A stretch of 63,798 nt of DNA, filler included, from Dirinaria sp. TL-2023a (Eukaryota): the NCBI GenBank assembly GCA_051941275.1. It is 32 parts of 32 records of this genome, joined end to end, with 100 filler letters (N's around TTAATTAATTAA, not from the genome) between each part and the next. Parts side by side here need not be neighbours in the genome. Positions count along the whole stretch, not along the records: positions 36,239 to 38,124 come from JAVEBF010002483.1; positions 38,225 to 40,109 come from JAVEBF010002484.1; positions 40,210 to 42,091 come from JAVEBF010002485.1; positions 42,192 to 44,069 come from JAVEBF010002486.1; positions 44,170 to 46,046 come from JAVEBF010002487.1; positions 46,147 to 48,023 come from JAVEBF010002488.1; positions 48,124 to 50,000 come from JAVEBF010002489.1; 25 more parts are not named here. The stretch is one strand, 5' to 3'. Each line of letters opens with the position of its first letter. The first letter of the stretch is position 1. The position numbers were made by a program, and so were the translations under genes. Below are positions 37,249 to 49,250 of this stretch, piece by piece. Under the pieces are notes generated by a model. The model searched no databases. It was not told where the DNA came from and saw nothing but the letters and a program-made list of their open reading frames with translations.

Positions 37249-38224
37249 CTGATCGATTTGTTCGATCGAGTGCAACAGATTCGCGAAAGGTCGCTGCTTT
37301 TAAAATATCAGCGAGTTGCACTTGCTTGAATATCGAAAATCGGGGTAAGCTCCTCTTTTGACTCCACCGTGGCCACTTTTGGCTCTTTGCTCGACGGTTC
37401 GACGAGAAGGTAATGTTTATCATCAATTCTATCAGCACATTCCGACTGTACGGAAAGGTTTCGCTTAATCGAAAAATCTTCCTGAGCTCACGCAGTATTA
37501 TATTCTCACAGCTTGCAATGGATAAGGACACTGCCATCGTTAGGCTTTCTCGCATGCTATCAGGCAGTACAGATAGCAATGTGTTCTCAGGTTTCCCTGC
37601 TCAGCATTTCCTCTAAGATTTCTCCCAGAAGACGTCTCTCGAGAGCTGCGTCCCTCGAGAAGCCGAGCTCTCTTGGGAGTCAGGCGCGTCTCGGAGCTAA
37701 TTCTTCCCAGGATTCAATTCCCAGGAACCTTTGGCATACGAGACTGATTTGTACAATTGATACTGATAGAGTTATTCTCTCCGGCTTCCAACGCTCTGAC
37801 AGAACTCACCTCGACTCTTTCTCCACGTTCAAATCTTACACTCACAATTCGCCGACAACTATCCACCCTCCAATAGAGAAGGGCGTCGAGAGCGATTTAT
37901 CTGTTCGCAAATCATGTAGCGAAAAAGCGACGACGAGCTGAAGATCGATGACTTATCTCTAGCAGGTAACGAGGACTGTCAGGGCCTGCACAGCGCTCAA
38001 TGGCATATGGGTACGAATAGACTAGGACACTATCTATGAAGAAGAAAAGGAAAAGGAAATCTAAATACAGGTAGGTTTAAATGTGGGATCGGAACAACAC
38101 CGGTCCGAGGACGCTAAACCTGATNNNNNNNNNNNNNNNNNNNNNNNNNNNNNNNNNNNNNNNNNNNNTTAATTAATTAANNNNNNNNNNNNNNNNNNNN
38201 NNNNNNNNNNNNNNNNNNNNNNNN

Positions 38225-40109
38225 GAAGCGTTGGAGCGATCGCATGCCCGCCACCCCACCGCAATGGACAACACAGGGTGACGGTTTCTATCTCCAATTT
38301 GGCAAAGCAGACAACGCCGTGCCTTTGGAATATGTTGAAAATCTTGACAATAACGTCTTTAAAAAGAAATGCAAAGAAACACACGAGGAGGTTGCGGTCA
38401 AAGAGATGAGAAATCCCAACCCAGAGACCACTATTGAACTCCACAAGGAAGTGGAGATTCTTCGTGCGCTGAAACACTATCACTGTATTCGGGTCTTAGG
38501 ATGCTATACTCACAAGGGTTGGTTTTGTATTGTCACACAGCCAGTCGCCAATTGTGATCTTATGCAGTATCTCTCCCAGCCAGCGAGTGAGAGAGAAAGA
38601 GACTTAGACTGTGGCCCACCTGCTACTTTCTTGCCAAAGATCATGGGATGCCTGGCGTACACCTTGCACTACATCCACCAGGACCCCAAAGTTCGGCACC
38701 GAGACATCAAGCCCGGAAACATACTCCTCGAAAAAAGGGGAAGGGTATTGTTCGCCGACTTTGGGCTTTCAAAAACCTACACTGAGACTCAAACTGGAAC
38801 CAGTGGTCCATCCGCGAAAACACGCATGGTAGAATATCCATATTTGCCCCTCTTGCTACACGCTGACTCGATTTAGTACACTTCGCCGGAACGCGCGCGT
38901 GACAAACACCGAAACAAATCGGACGATATCTTTTCACTCGGCTGTGTCTTCGCTGAAATCTTTACTGTCTACAAGGGACGGCAGACCAAGGAGTTCTTAG
39001 AATGGAGAAAAGACAGTGATCCACACAGTGAAAAAGAGGGGTATTTTCATCGAACAGTACCAGCGGTCATTGAATGGCTTGAAAAGCTGGCCACTGAGCG
39101 AAGTGACGTGCAGATCATCCACTTAATACGAAGAATGCTCGACAGGCCTGATCGTCGACCAGACGCTGAGCAGGTCTGGAGGAGTTTGACTACCTGTACA
39201 GCTGGGAATGACATATTCTTCTGTGGGCCATGCTGCATGCCATTGGTACACTATGACCCACTTCTTGCCAGCTATCCCTCGACAGGTCCATCGGAGGCAC
39301 AATATGCCCATGAATTATCAACCACAAAGGTCCTGCAGGTGAACGATGATAAATCCTTCAAGCAGCGTTTTAAAGGAGACCAGCAGCTCGATCTCCGCTG
39401 GGTACGCAACTTGCGACAATGGAATCATTCGATCCTTGATGTTGTCGAAGACGGGACCCGCCCACATCTGCTAGCACGTAAGCGACTGCTAGCACGTAAG
39501 CGACTGCAAGCTTCAGCAAACATATACGCTAAAAACGAAGCGAAGATACTCAGAGATGTGCGCCATGGCCATATCGTGCGGCTTTTTGGTACGTACCTGC
39601 AAGGGGATACACATACGCTGCTCTACGAGCCAGCTGCCGATCGTGATTTACGCAGCTATCTTGAGCTGGTCGCTCTCGAGTACCAACGTAAAAAGATTTC
39701 GTCCAAGGGCAAAGAGTTTGATTTTCTGACTCGGTCTTTTGGATGCTTGGCAAACGCAGTAGACCATCTGCATAACAAAGGGTATGACCACAACGAAATC
39801 AGCCCCGAGGACGTCCTAGTCCACGATATAGGCGGACAGCCTAGAATTTTCCTTTCAAAATTTTCATTTGGGCTCAAATTCGAAAGAGGACCAAGTGCTG
39901 GTGGCACCATTTTGCGCTTCATAAATAGCTTTGGAAAGCTTTCGCTCACAGGTGGTCCCCCAACCAATACAGTACCTCAATCCCAGAACGACAAAAATCT
40001 AACGGTATGAAGCTCATGCCGTCTCTGCCTCAAACTCCTGACGATCGGGCTGACGTTTTCTAGGGTCTATATCGAGCCCCAGAACAAGAAGCAACATCGG
40101 TGGGACAAC
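38225..40109 (+). CDS. Tandem protein kinase (intact kinase + degenerate second kinase domain); introns 38829-38876 and 40005-40063; both ends probably truncated
   Basis: Domain 1: VAVK, EVEIL, HRDIKPGNIL, ADFGLS, YTSPE, DIFSLGCVF. Domain 2: ARKR, NEAKIL, HNEISPEDVL, SKFSFG, YRAPE. Confidence 0.88.
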
Positions 40110-40336
40110 NNNNNNNNNNNNNNNNNNNNNNNNNNNNNNNNNNNNNNNNNNNNTTAATTAATTAANNNNNNNNNNNNNNNNNNNNNNNNNNNNNNNNNNN
40201 NNNNNNNNNAGACAGGGATGGGGTAGGGGGAGAGAAGGTTGTAAGTCTTAGGGTTTGTTTAAAGCTCGCAAGCATTGAAGTCATTCATTTGAAAATTTTA
40301 TGCTGCAAGACCACACACCCAACGAACAAACGCTTC

Positions 40337-41338
40337 TCAACCGTTGACCACGACCCCACCATTCGGATGCAAGCTCTGCCCGGAGATGAAACTGCTATCC
40401 TGACTGGCCAAGAAGACGAAACAGGTGGCGATCTCGGACGGCTGGCCCGGTCGGCCCATGGGGGATGTGAACTGGTCCTGGGCGTAGCGCTTCATGGTGG
40501 CGGGGATCAGCGGGGTCCAGACGGGACCGGGGCAGACGCAGTTGACGCGGATGCCGAACTCGAGCTGCTGGTTCGAGAGCCCCCGGGTGAAAGCCACGAT
40601 AGCGCCCTTGCTGGAGGTGTAGTCGAGCAGGTCCGGGCGGCCGATGTAGGCGTTGACGGAGGCGCAGTTGATGATCGTGTCCCCCGACTTCATGTGCGCG
40701 AGCGCGTACTTGCAGGTGTAGAACAGCGGGTGCATGTTCGTGTCGAAGGTGCGCAGCCATTGCTCTTCCTCCAGCTCCGCGATCCCGTTCGTCATGTTTT
40801 GGTAGCCCGCGTTGTTGACCAGGATGTTGATCGTGCCCATGCGCGCTATGGCTTCGTCGACTAACTTCTTGCAGTTCGATGCCTCTGTGATGTCCGCTGG
40901 GTAGAGGTGGATTTTCCCGCCGTATTTCTCTACTTCCTTCTTCGTGTCCTGCGCGTCCGATTCTTCTTCCGGCAGGTAGTTGATCAGGGACTCTGCGCCT
41001 TCCATGGCGTACAGGATCGCGATCGCTCGCCCGATCCCCGAGTCCCCTCCCGTGATGACGGCTTTCTTCCCCGCGAGCTTGCCCGCCGCTTTGTAGATCT
41101 GGTACCCGCCGTCTTCGGTCGGGATGTGCTTGCTTTCCGGGTCCGGGCCTTTCATGTCCGACTGTCGGCCGGGTTGCTCTTGGTGTTGGATGGGGACTTG
41201 GTGGCCTGAGTTTTGTCATTTAGTAGGCTGATTGCAGAAAACGATAGTTTATGGATATATGGGAGATTATGCAATACCTCTTTTGAATTGGTCACCTTCG
41301 CTGGTGGCCGACTTTGCGGCATTCTTGACTGCTTCCAT
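40337..41338 (-). CDS. Classical short-chain dehydrogenase/reductase (YghA/YhdF-like); exons 41338-41278 and 41205-40337
   Basis: ITGGDSGIG, NNAG, YTSSK catalytic motif, PGPVWTPLIP, PMGRPGQPSE, GQSLHPNGG; GT..AG intron. Confidence 0.93.
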
Positions 41339-42052
41339 GCTTCGGTAGCGTTATAGAAAGTTTGACAGCGTGAGTTCCGGGGTTTCACTGAGGTTTCTAT
41401 GGTTTGGGTGGATTGGCGAGGCTTGTGGTTATGCTGGAGAGGTATGTGAATATGATGTGATGTGCCCGTGGAAGATCCTCGAGAAATTATTGGCGACTAC
41501 GTCAACAATTGACATGACGTGGTTGAGTCCCGTAGCCGAAATTGTTGCATTAAGGTAGATACTGCCAATTAGCTCCAGCCTTACATACCTTACAAAAGGG
41601 ACCGGCTTGGCCTGTCAAAAGTTCTTCTTCAAAGCTATTATTTGGAGTTCTAGTATTCAAGGTTCTCATTATCAATTGCAGCACCAGCCCCACCACCACC
41701 ACTACTGCTCAATGCTGTGGTTCAAAGACCTGGGGCCGCCATGGTATTCGCCATTATCTAATACCGAAGGATTAGCTAACTCTTCCCTCCAAGACGACGC
41801 GTTTGCCTATTGCGTATTAAGTTTCAGAATAAATATTAATGGGTTTCATTTAGTGAAGAAATTGCCCCACTACAGACTTGAATTCGACTTTCCCCCCTAT
41901 GACGTCACAACAACCGAGAACTCATCTTTCAGTGGCTTCAGCGGACTCTTCAAAATCAACTGTTTCCAATTTCGCATATCGCACAATCCTCAAATCCACC
42001 TCTCTCACCTTACCTCCTCGGCATCCAGAACCAAAGCAGCCCACCAAAGAGG

Positions 42053-42091
<39 letters not shown>

Positions 42092-42331
42092 NNNNNNNNN
42101 NNNNNNNNNNNNNNNNNNNNNNNNNNNNNNNNNNNTTAATTAATTAANNNNNNNNNNNNNNNNNNNNNNNNNNNNNNNNNNNNNNNNNNNNTCTCCACAC
42201 TCACTCTTTTCCCCTGCTGTTGCTGCCCCGGCTCACTCTTTGCCAGCCGCAGGCAACGCCATCCAGGCTGCCTTCGAGTCATTCATTTGACCTCGCCGTC
42301 GTTGGATAATCGAAGGTCACAACAAGCCATC

Positions 42332-43048
42332 ATGTCTTCAGCCTCTCCCGAGTCGTCTCCAACCCCGCCAACAGCAGCAGAAGTCCCCACGATCCAAAGT
42401 CCTCGTTCACCCAAGCCCGAGCTTCCTCCATTGAAAACTCCAAGCTCAGCTACCCTTCCCTCGCAGCTCCCCAGAAGCCCTGCCGTGGGGCTTCTGGAAG
42501 TGATCAAGCAGGAGGATGACGCCAAAACTCCAATCACTCCACCCACTGCATACACCGACTTCCTCAAGGCTCTCTCGCCCGCCATTTCGACTCCAGGCTC
42601 GAGCAGAAGCCCCAGTTTCTCTGACAAGGGCTCTCCAAGATCCACACCGAGCACTCAACCCTCCAGCGCAGCTAGTAGCTGCTTGTCATGCACGTACGAC
42701 CCTCATAAATCCTCATCGGCCGCTATAATCCCACCCTCGCCCATGGTTCGACCTCCCAATTCTGCACGAACACCCACGGCTCTGCGCAAATTGCGCATTC
42801 CGCAATCGCCAGCTTGCTCCCCGGCCACGGATTCTCCGAAGAGCAGTGCTATCCGGTCCCCGTTCTCACCTGCAGATTGGATCCTGGATGGAAAGACCCG
42901 GTTCTACGGTTCTCCACGATCCGCTCGCTCGGGCTGCCATCGACCCGTCAGCGTTCGTCAAGTCGTGACGCGGACCGTCACGTATACTCGGTCACCGGTC
43001 ACTCCGCTTGAACCTGCGCCCAAGGGCAAACGCAGAAAGATCGAGTAA
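42332..43048 (+). CDS. Ser/Pro-rich conserved fungal hypothetical protein with C-terminal NLS-like motif
   Basis: Intronless 238-aa ORF with blocks TPITPPTAYTDFLK, VRQVVTRTVTY and LEPAPKGKRRKIE. Confidence 0.75.
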   Translation: MSSASPESSPTPPTAAEVPTIQSPRSPKPELPPLKTPSSATLPSQLPRSPAVGLLEVIKQEDDAKTPITPPTAYTDFLKALSPAISTPGSSRSPSFSDKGSPRSTPSTQPSSAASSCLSCTYDPHKSSSAAIIPPSPMVRPPNSARTPTALRKLRIPQSPACSPATDSPKSSAIRSPFSPADWILDGKTRFYGSPRSARSGCHRPVSVRQVVTRTVTYTRSPVTPLEPAPKGKRRKIE

Positions 43049-45834
43049 CGATTGACTTCTCCACCCGCTCTACATCCCCACCATCATCATCATCGCTACT
43101 TGCGCATCTACTTCCATTTTGACTCCGAAATACCGAACGCCCCTGACTGTCATCTCTCACACCTTCCAGCCTCCAATCTCTAACTCACGCTTCTTATACA
43201 AGCTCCATTACCCACACCCAACATCCCTTCCAATCTACGTCGGCAAGCTCTTCCAAACTTTACAGACATGAAAAAGGAGGCACGATTTTACGGACTACCA
43301 AGCCTAGAGCACAGGCGCTGGCGGCAAGACCCAATTATGACGGGACAGTGTGTCTCGCGAATCGATTTGTTCTTGGAGTTTCCTGTTTTTAATGTATCTA
43401 CTGGTGTCGATGGGTGTTCCGGTGTCGGAGGAAGGCACATTGATCGCCTGCGCCCGAGATACCATTCGCATGTTTTGGTAGTCCCTGCAATCGATCTACA
43501 TCTATACCGTGTTATTGGCTGATTCGTTGCTCATCTTCTTGTTTCATCGACGGGACACTACTATTTACAGTAATTCCACCATCCAGGGTTTCGGCAACAC
43601 CCAAAAAGGAAACGACCAAGCAACCTGAGCAAAAGAGCGAAACGTCACTTCGTCAGGGCTAAAAGCAGCGAGCACAACCCAAACCACAGCCTTGGGACTG
43701 GCGAACCAAGGGCCCAAGGCACCAAGGACTGAGTAGTGTGCGAGAGAGCGCCGACCGGTCCCGTAGCCGCCCACACTAAAAGATTACGCAAAAAAAGCAT
43801 AATCCTAGTCCCTTGGGCCCAATGACCGGCTGCCCAGGCACTGCTAAGCGCCCGAGCTACAACAACCCTCTGTCTACATACATTTCGCTTTTCATGCCCT
43901 CTCCCTACATACTTGACTTTACATACATGCTGTGAACCAATGGATGAGAGCAGCACAGCAGAGCATAGAACCTGTCGGTGGGGGGCGGTTGAGTATGTAC
44001 GAAGGAAGAACGATGATTGGGCGCTCGGTCGTGTCGCCGTTGAAACTAAAAAGCCTGAGGATTCCCCTTNNNNNNNNNNNNNNNNNNNNNNNNNNNNNNN
44101 NNNNNNNNNNNNNTTAATTAATTAANNNNNNNNNNNNNNNNNNNNNNNNNNNNNNNNNNNNNNNNNNNNCCATGCATGAGAGACCCTATCAAGCTTGATT
44201 AGCGTTTCCGAAGTTATTTGAACCGATATTGCAATTTCTGTGACTCATTATACTTCACGGCAGCTTGAATCTTTGGAGCAGAAGACCGCAGGTGGAATGT
44301 TTATTAACGAGAAGGCGTCTTGAATCATGACACAATACCATTAGTCAACCTGCTAATGCACATCATTGATTTGAGCTTTTCTGCCCGCTCAAGGGAACTT
44401 GAAAAGTTTTCGAAACTACACAGAGAGGTGGTTGTGAAAATAGTAAAAAGGAGGGTGAGAGCAAAAACTCACGGAATGTACTGCCACACCATAATATGGT
44501 CTTGTGCCGCAAATTAGCTACCCTTTTTCAAGGTCGGCCACTCATTAAAATCTTTGTGGCAAAATTCAATTGTTGTACCCACTTGGAAGCCTGATGGAAT
44601 TAGTATGGTGGGTCATCGCGCATGTTGAAAGAGTTTGAAGCACTGGTGCCTTGTTCCTAAGTAGTTAGATTTTCTGAAACAGAAGGTAGAAATCAGCGCA
44701 ACAATTTAATTTTATCTTGGGAGCCGTTTTAGACAGGGATAAACGATAATTGTCAACTAGCCGCAAGGCTCACAGACAATACCTTTACCATAGACTTGCT
44801 CATCAATATTCTTTTCTTGCTTTCACATACAGCCTCAATGTCATGATATAGACTCTGAAGTCTCATGTGGAATCAGTCCTCTCTCAAATGACTCTTTGGT
44901 GATAGTCAGATTGGGAGCTATATCGTACAGCACACATTCAGAACACTACCCAGAAGATATTCTCATTATGCCTGGTGGATGGTCACTAACCGTGCCCCGG
45001 TAAATCGTAATCCATTTGTCCGGATCGAGCGCTTACGGTTGCACGTCAATGTCTGCTATGCTCAAGCTCAGCAAATTGAATGGTCCATTCGGTCTTTGGC
45101 CTTCAGTCAAAACTGTGCTGAGTAGTATACAGGGTGGCTGGCAATCGAAACGGCTACCGGAAGGATCGGAACCCCAGCATGGGACAATGATGATGCATTG
45201 CCTACCCAACGTCCCTATCTGAGCATAACATGGCTCCTCTAGCCGTAAAGGTACTATTCGAGATAGGATCAGCTTAATTGATGTTGTAATTCTTAGAAGA
45301 TCTCCACAACAAAGGCCGAGCGGGCCCTGCGATTGTCCAGCAGCAAACACTTGCCTTCTGAACGCCCGTTCAATATCAGAAGCAGCATCACACACGGCAC
45401 AATTAAGTCCGCAGGATCCCAATCCTCCCTTTCATTCAAAAATGAAACATTCGGATACTGATAGAGTGTCAACTTGTTACCTTCCGCATCCTTCGTGCAA
45501 GGAAGTCATTGCGAGAGCGGAGCGCTAAGTATGTGCTATTATTTGCAGAGGGCCCAACATCTCCGTGCGCAACAAATGATACAGCGGATGAGGCGAAGCT
45601 CCAACGCTTGACTTATCGACTCGGCGTAACAATGACCTTTCTAATATGGAAGCAGAAAGTCGTAGAGGTCATAAAAGGCGCTTGCAAAACCGAAAGCTAC
45701 ATCGTATCAAATTCCCCTGACCCAAGATTGGAACCCAAGAACACTGACTTTGTTCTCTTCTCCCATGTTTGATATTGTGTGCCTGTGTTAGTCGAGTCCT
45801 GGGCAGAGACCCTTATACCAATTTGTCTTCCACC

Positions 45835-46046
45835 ATGGAATTCCTTGGACTTTTCGTGCTCGCTATCATTGTCGCATGCTCTAGCCGCTCGCAAGCCTTT
45901 CAGATCGACATCAATGATGACGCTTTGTGCAATGGTACGGATCTAAATACTATCAGCATCAGCAATGACGGCAAATGCCACAATGAAAGCGCAGGAGAAG
46001 CAGCTGGTGTTGTCGTTCGCTCTAATTCCTCGGATGTGGGAAATGT
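45835..46046 (+). CDS. Small secreted Cys-containing protein, 3'-truncated
   Basis: CACCATGG start context; signal peptide MEFLGLFVLAIIVACSSRSQA; two Cys and N-glycosylation sequons follow. Confidence 0.6.
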
Positions 46047-48123
46047 NNNNNNNNNNNNNNNNNNNNNNNNNNNNNNNNNNNNNNNNNNNNTTAATTAATT
46101 AANNNNNNNNNNNNNNNNNNNNNNNNNNNNNNNNNNNNNNNNNNNNCCCCGATCCCTCCCATAGGTCAGCCAGTAAACTATACCCATCCTAAACATCACC
46201 AAAAACCTCATCGAGCAGTCTCAGTCAACGTACTACCTTCTCAAACAATGTCCATCTCCTCAGTATACAACACCATATACACCACTATCCTTCCCTCACG
46301 TTCACACACCATCTCCTTTCCTATCCAGGTGCCCTCTTCCCTCCACTAAAAACGCGCGTTCGCAGAACATCTTCCTTGGAAATCTTCCCTCGTGCGCTAT
46401 ATATGGGACTTATTCTGCCAACCGATCGCGTTCCTACTTCACTTACTGGTTTTGTATCAATCCCGGGCTTGCACCACTTACAACCGGGAGGAGCTAAGCG
46501 CTGTATTATCAGATGTCTATTTGATAATACTTCCTGAACCGCAACTCACTCACTCTAAGCAGACACTGCGCCGACGCAAAATTTTGTTAAACAGCGCGCA
46601 AAGCAAAGGCTCCTCAAGCAGTTTAAACATCCACAACGTACTTACATCGAACGCCTTATTACGGCCTGGATTCTATTGATAGATGGATTTATTTTGGGGA
46701 AATAGGCTTGTCGTGACGTACCAAGCAAGACTCTGATGTGCTAGGCTGTTTTCTAGGATTTGTTTGGGGTTTTTGGGGGAGGGAAGGGAAAGGGTGTGGA
46801 TGCCCTTCTTTTTTTTGAGTTTAATGATTGGTGTTTGAGTAGGGATTGGGAGGTGGGTTAATGGTGTGCGTGTGGATGATGCGAAGTTGGAGGTTGAGGG
46901 TTAGTAGAGATTTTGGTTCTGTGCCCTATGGACATGCTGTCGAGTTTGGGTTTTTTTTTCTTGTCGGTGTTTCCGGTATACTTCATCACTCCTTTTTTTA
47001 AATCAAGAGGGTAAGAAATGACGCTGCATGATTTTTTGATAAAATTTTGCGAGATGGAAATAGACTTTCAAGAGGTTTGGATTGCATTATTGGTTTCCCT
47101 TTTTTAATGTGAGTATATCTAGATCTTGGACAAAACTCATAGATAGACTCTACATGCAAGGGTCTTACTGCTATTATACCACACTCGCCACTGAACTTAC
47201 CTAGTCTGGATCTATGCTGAGTCGGGTAATTATCTCTCTTTTTTTTTTTTTCTTTTTTTTTTTTTTTTGGAAACTGACACACTACCCTCACCATTACTTA
47301 CTTACTTTCCTCTATAAATGTCTTCATCCACACCTCGATGCTAGAGAATCTGAAAGTGCAGAATCTTCTTTTTTGTGTAAGTGTCCAATAACATTTGACC
47401 ATTTGCCGATTTGACGGTGGCATTTTTATGATGAATTAGTTCCTCCTCGCTCCGTGAAAGCGTTCTTTGCTTGAACCTCGCTTTTGCGTTGGAATTGGGG
47501 AAAGGGAATGTTTAATCCTGAGCCAGTAAAAGGTCTGAGAGTATTAATAGGTGAAAACAAATTGTGGGGACTGGCGAGGAGGCTATAGCATTTAGAGTCG
47601 GGTGGTGTGGCGGCAGTGACACCTTTCCTCAACAGCTGCATCTCCGCCGAGCACAAGCATTGAGGCTGTCCTTGACGACTTGCAGTTGATATTCCATCCG
47701 TGCTGACCCATAACCCGCCATCTTCTCAACCAGCTCTTTCCCTTGACCGACGTCGTCGCAGATTCTTACATCGCCCACTCCGTCACTTCTCACGTAATCT
47801 TTCGCCATCTTGTCTCTCTCCTCGACGATGCCCACGGTACTCCCCTCGAGGCTTTTCATTTTGGGGGCCGTGTTTCCAGCAGCCATCATGCCTCCTAATC
47901 TCAACTAAGGACCCGGCAAAATCCTGTAATGCAGAATCAGGCACAAGTCATAAGCTAAAAAAACCAAAAAAAAAAAAAAAAAAAACCAAAACACAAAAAA
48001 TATTGCCCATTCCCATTTTAATCNNNNNNNNNNNNNNNNNNNNNNNNNNNNNNNNNNNNNNNNNNNNTTAATTAATTAANNNNNNNNNNNNNNNNNNNNN
48101 NNNNNNNNNNNNNNNNNNNNNNN

Positions 48124-49250
48124 GGCAAGGAATTGATTGACCAAGTCTTGGACAAAGTCCGGAATGTTGCAGACAATTGCTCAGGGCTCCAAGGTTTCTT
48201 AGTCTTTCACTCCTTCGGTGGTGGGACTGGGTCCGGATTTGGTGCTCTTTTGATGGAGCGTCTATCGGTGGATTATGGCAAGAAGTGCAAGCTGGAGTTC
48301 TGCGTCTACCCAGCTCCTCAGGTTGCCACCTCGGTGGTCGAGCCATACAACTCCATCCTCACCACCCACACGACGCTTGAACACTCCGATTGCAGCTTCA
48401 TGGTGGACAACGAGGCTATCTATGATATTTGCCGTAGGAATTTGGGCATTGGGCGGCCGAACTATGAGAACCTGAATCGACTGATCGCTCAAGGTACACA
48501 CCGCTCGGTGTGGATCTCCACCCCAAAATGCTAATCGATAACTAGTTGTCTCATCCATCACTGCTTCTCTCCGTTTCGACGGCTCTCTCAACGTCGATTT
48601 GAACGAGTTCCAGACCAACCTTGTCCCTTACCCCCGGATCCATTTCCCCCTCGTCGCGTATGCGCCTGTTGTGTCGGCGGCCAAGGCATCGCACGAGGCC
48701 AACTCTGTTCAGGAGATTTCGATGTCTTGCTTCGAACCTAATAACCAGATGGTGAAGTGTGATCCTCGTAACGGCAAGTACATGGCTACCTGCTTGCTAT
48801 ACCGCGGAGACGTCGTACCCAACGATGTTCACGCCGCCGTGGCTACCCTTAAGACCAAGCGAACGATTCAGTTCGTCGACTGGTGCCCTACCGGCTTCAA
48901 GATCGGTATTTGCTACCAACCACCTCAGATGGTACCTAATGGAGATCTGGCCAAAGTCAATCGCGCGGTGTAAGTCCTCCCCCCAAGAACCCGTGGGTCT
49001 GCAATTATTCACAACTGGCAGTTGCATGCTTTCCAATACGACCGCCATCGCCGAAGCCTGGTCCGCACTCTCACATAAATTCGACCTCATGTACGCCAAG
49101 CGTGCATTTGTCCACTGGTATGTTGGTGAGGGTATGGAGGAAGGCGAATTCTCAGAGGCTAGGGAAGACTTGGCTGCGCTTGAGCGTGATTACGAGGAGG
49201 TCGCCACAGACTCGCTCGAGGGTGAAGAGGGCGCCGAACCCGAATACTGA
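48124..49250 (+). CDS. tubA: Alpha-tubulin, 5'-truncated; introns 48494-48545 and 48970-49021
   Basis: [11 protein letters not shown] tubulin signature, [42 protein letters not shown], acidic tail ending in EY. Confidence 0.98.

Noticed and set aside
40289..41219. Long ORFs 40289-40864 (+) and 40395-41219 (-)
   Set aside because: Shadow frames of the GC3-rich SDR gene; the same applies to overlapping ORFs at GGC1, UPS2, the RING-CH ligase and the phosphatase.
47629..47904. 91-aa minus-strand ORF after an acceptor-like site
   Set aside because: An in-frame stop lies between the putative acceptor and the ORF, and no family is recognisable.
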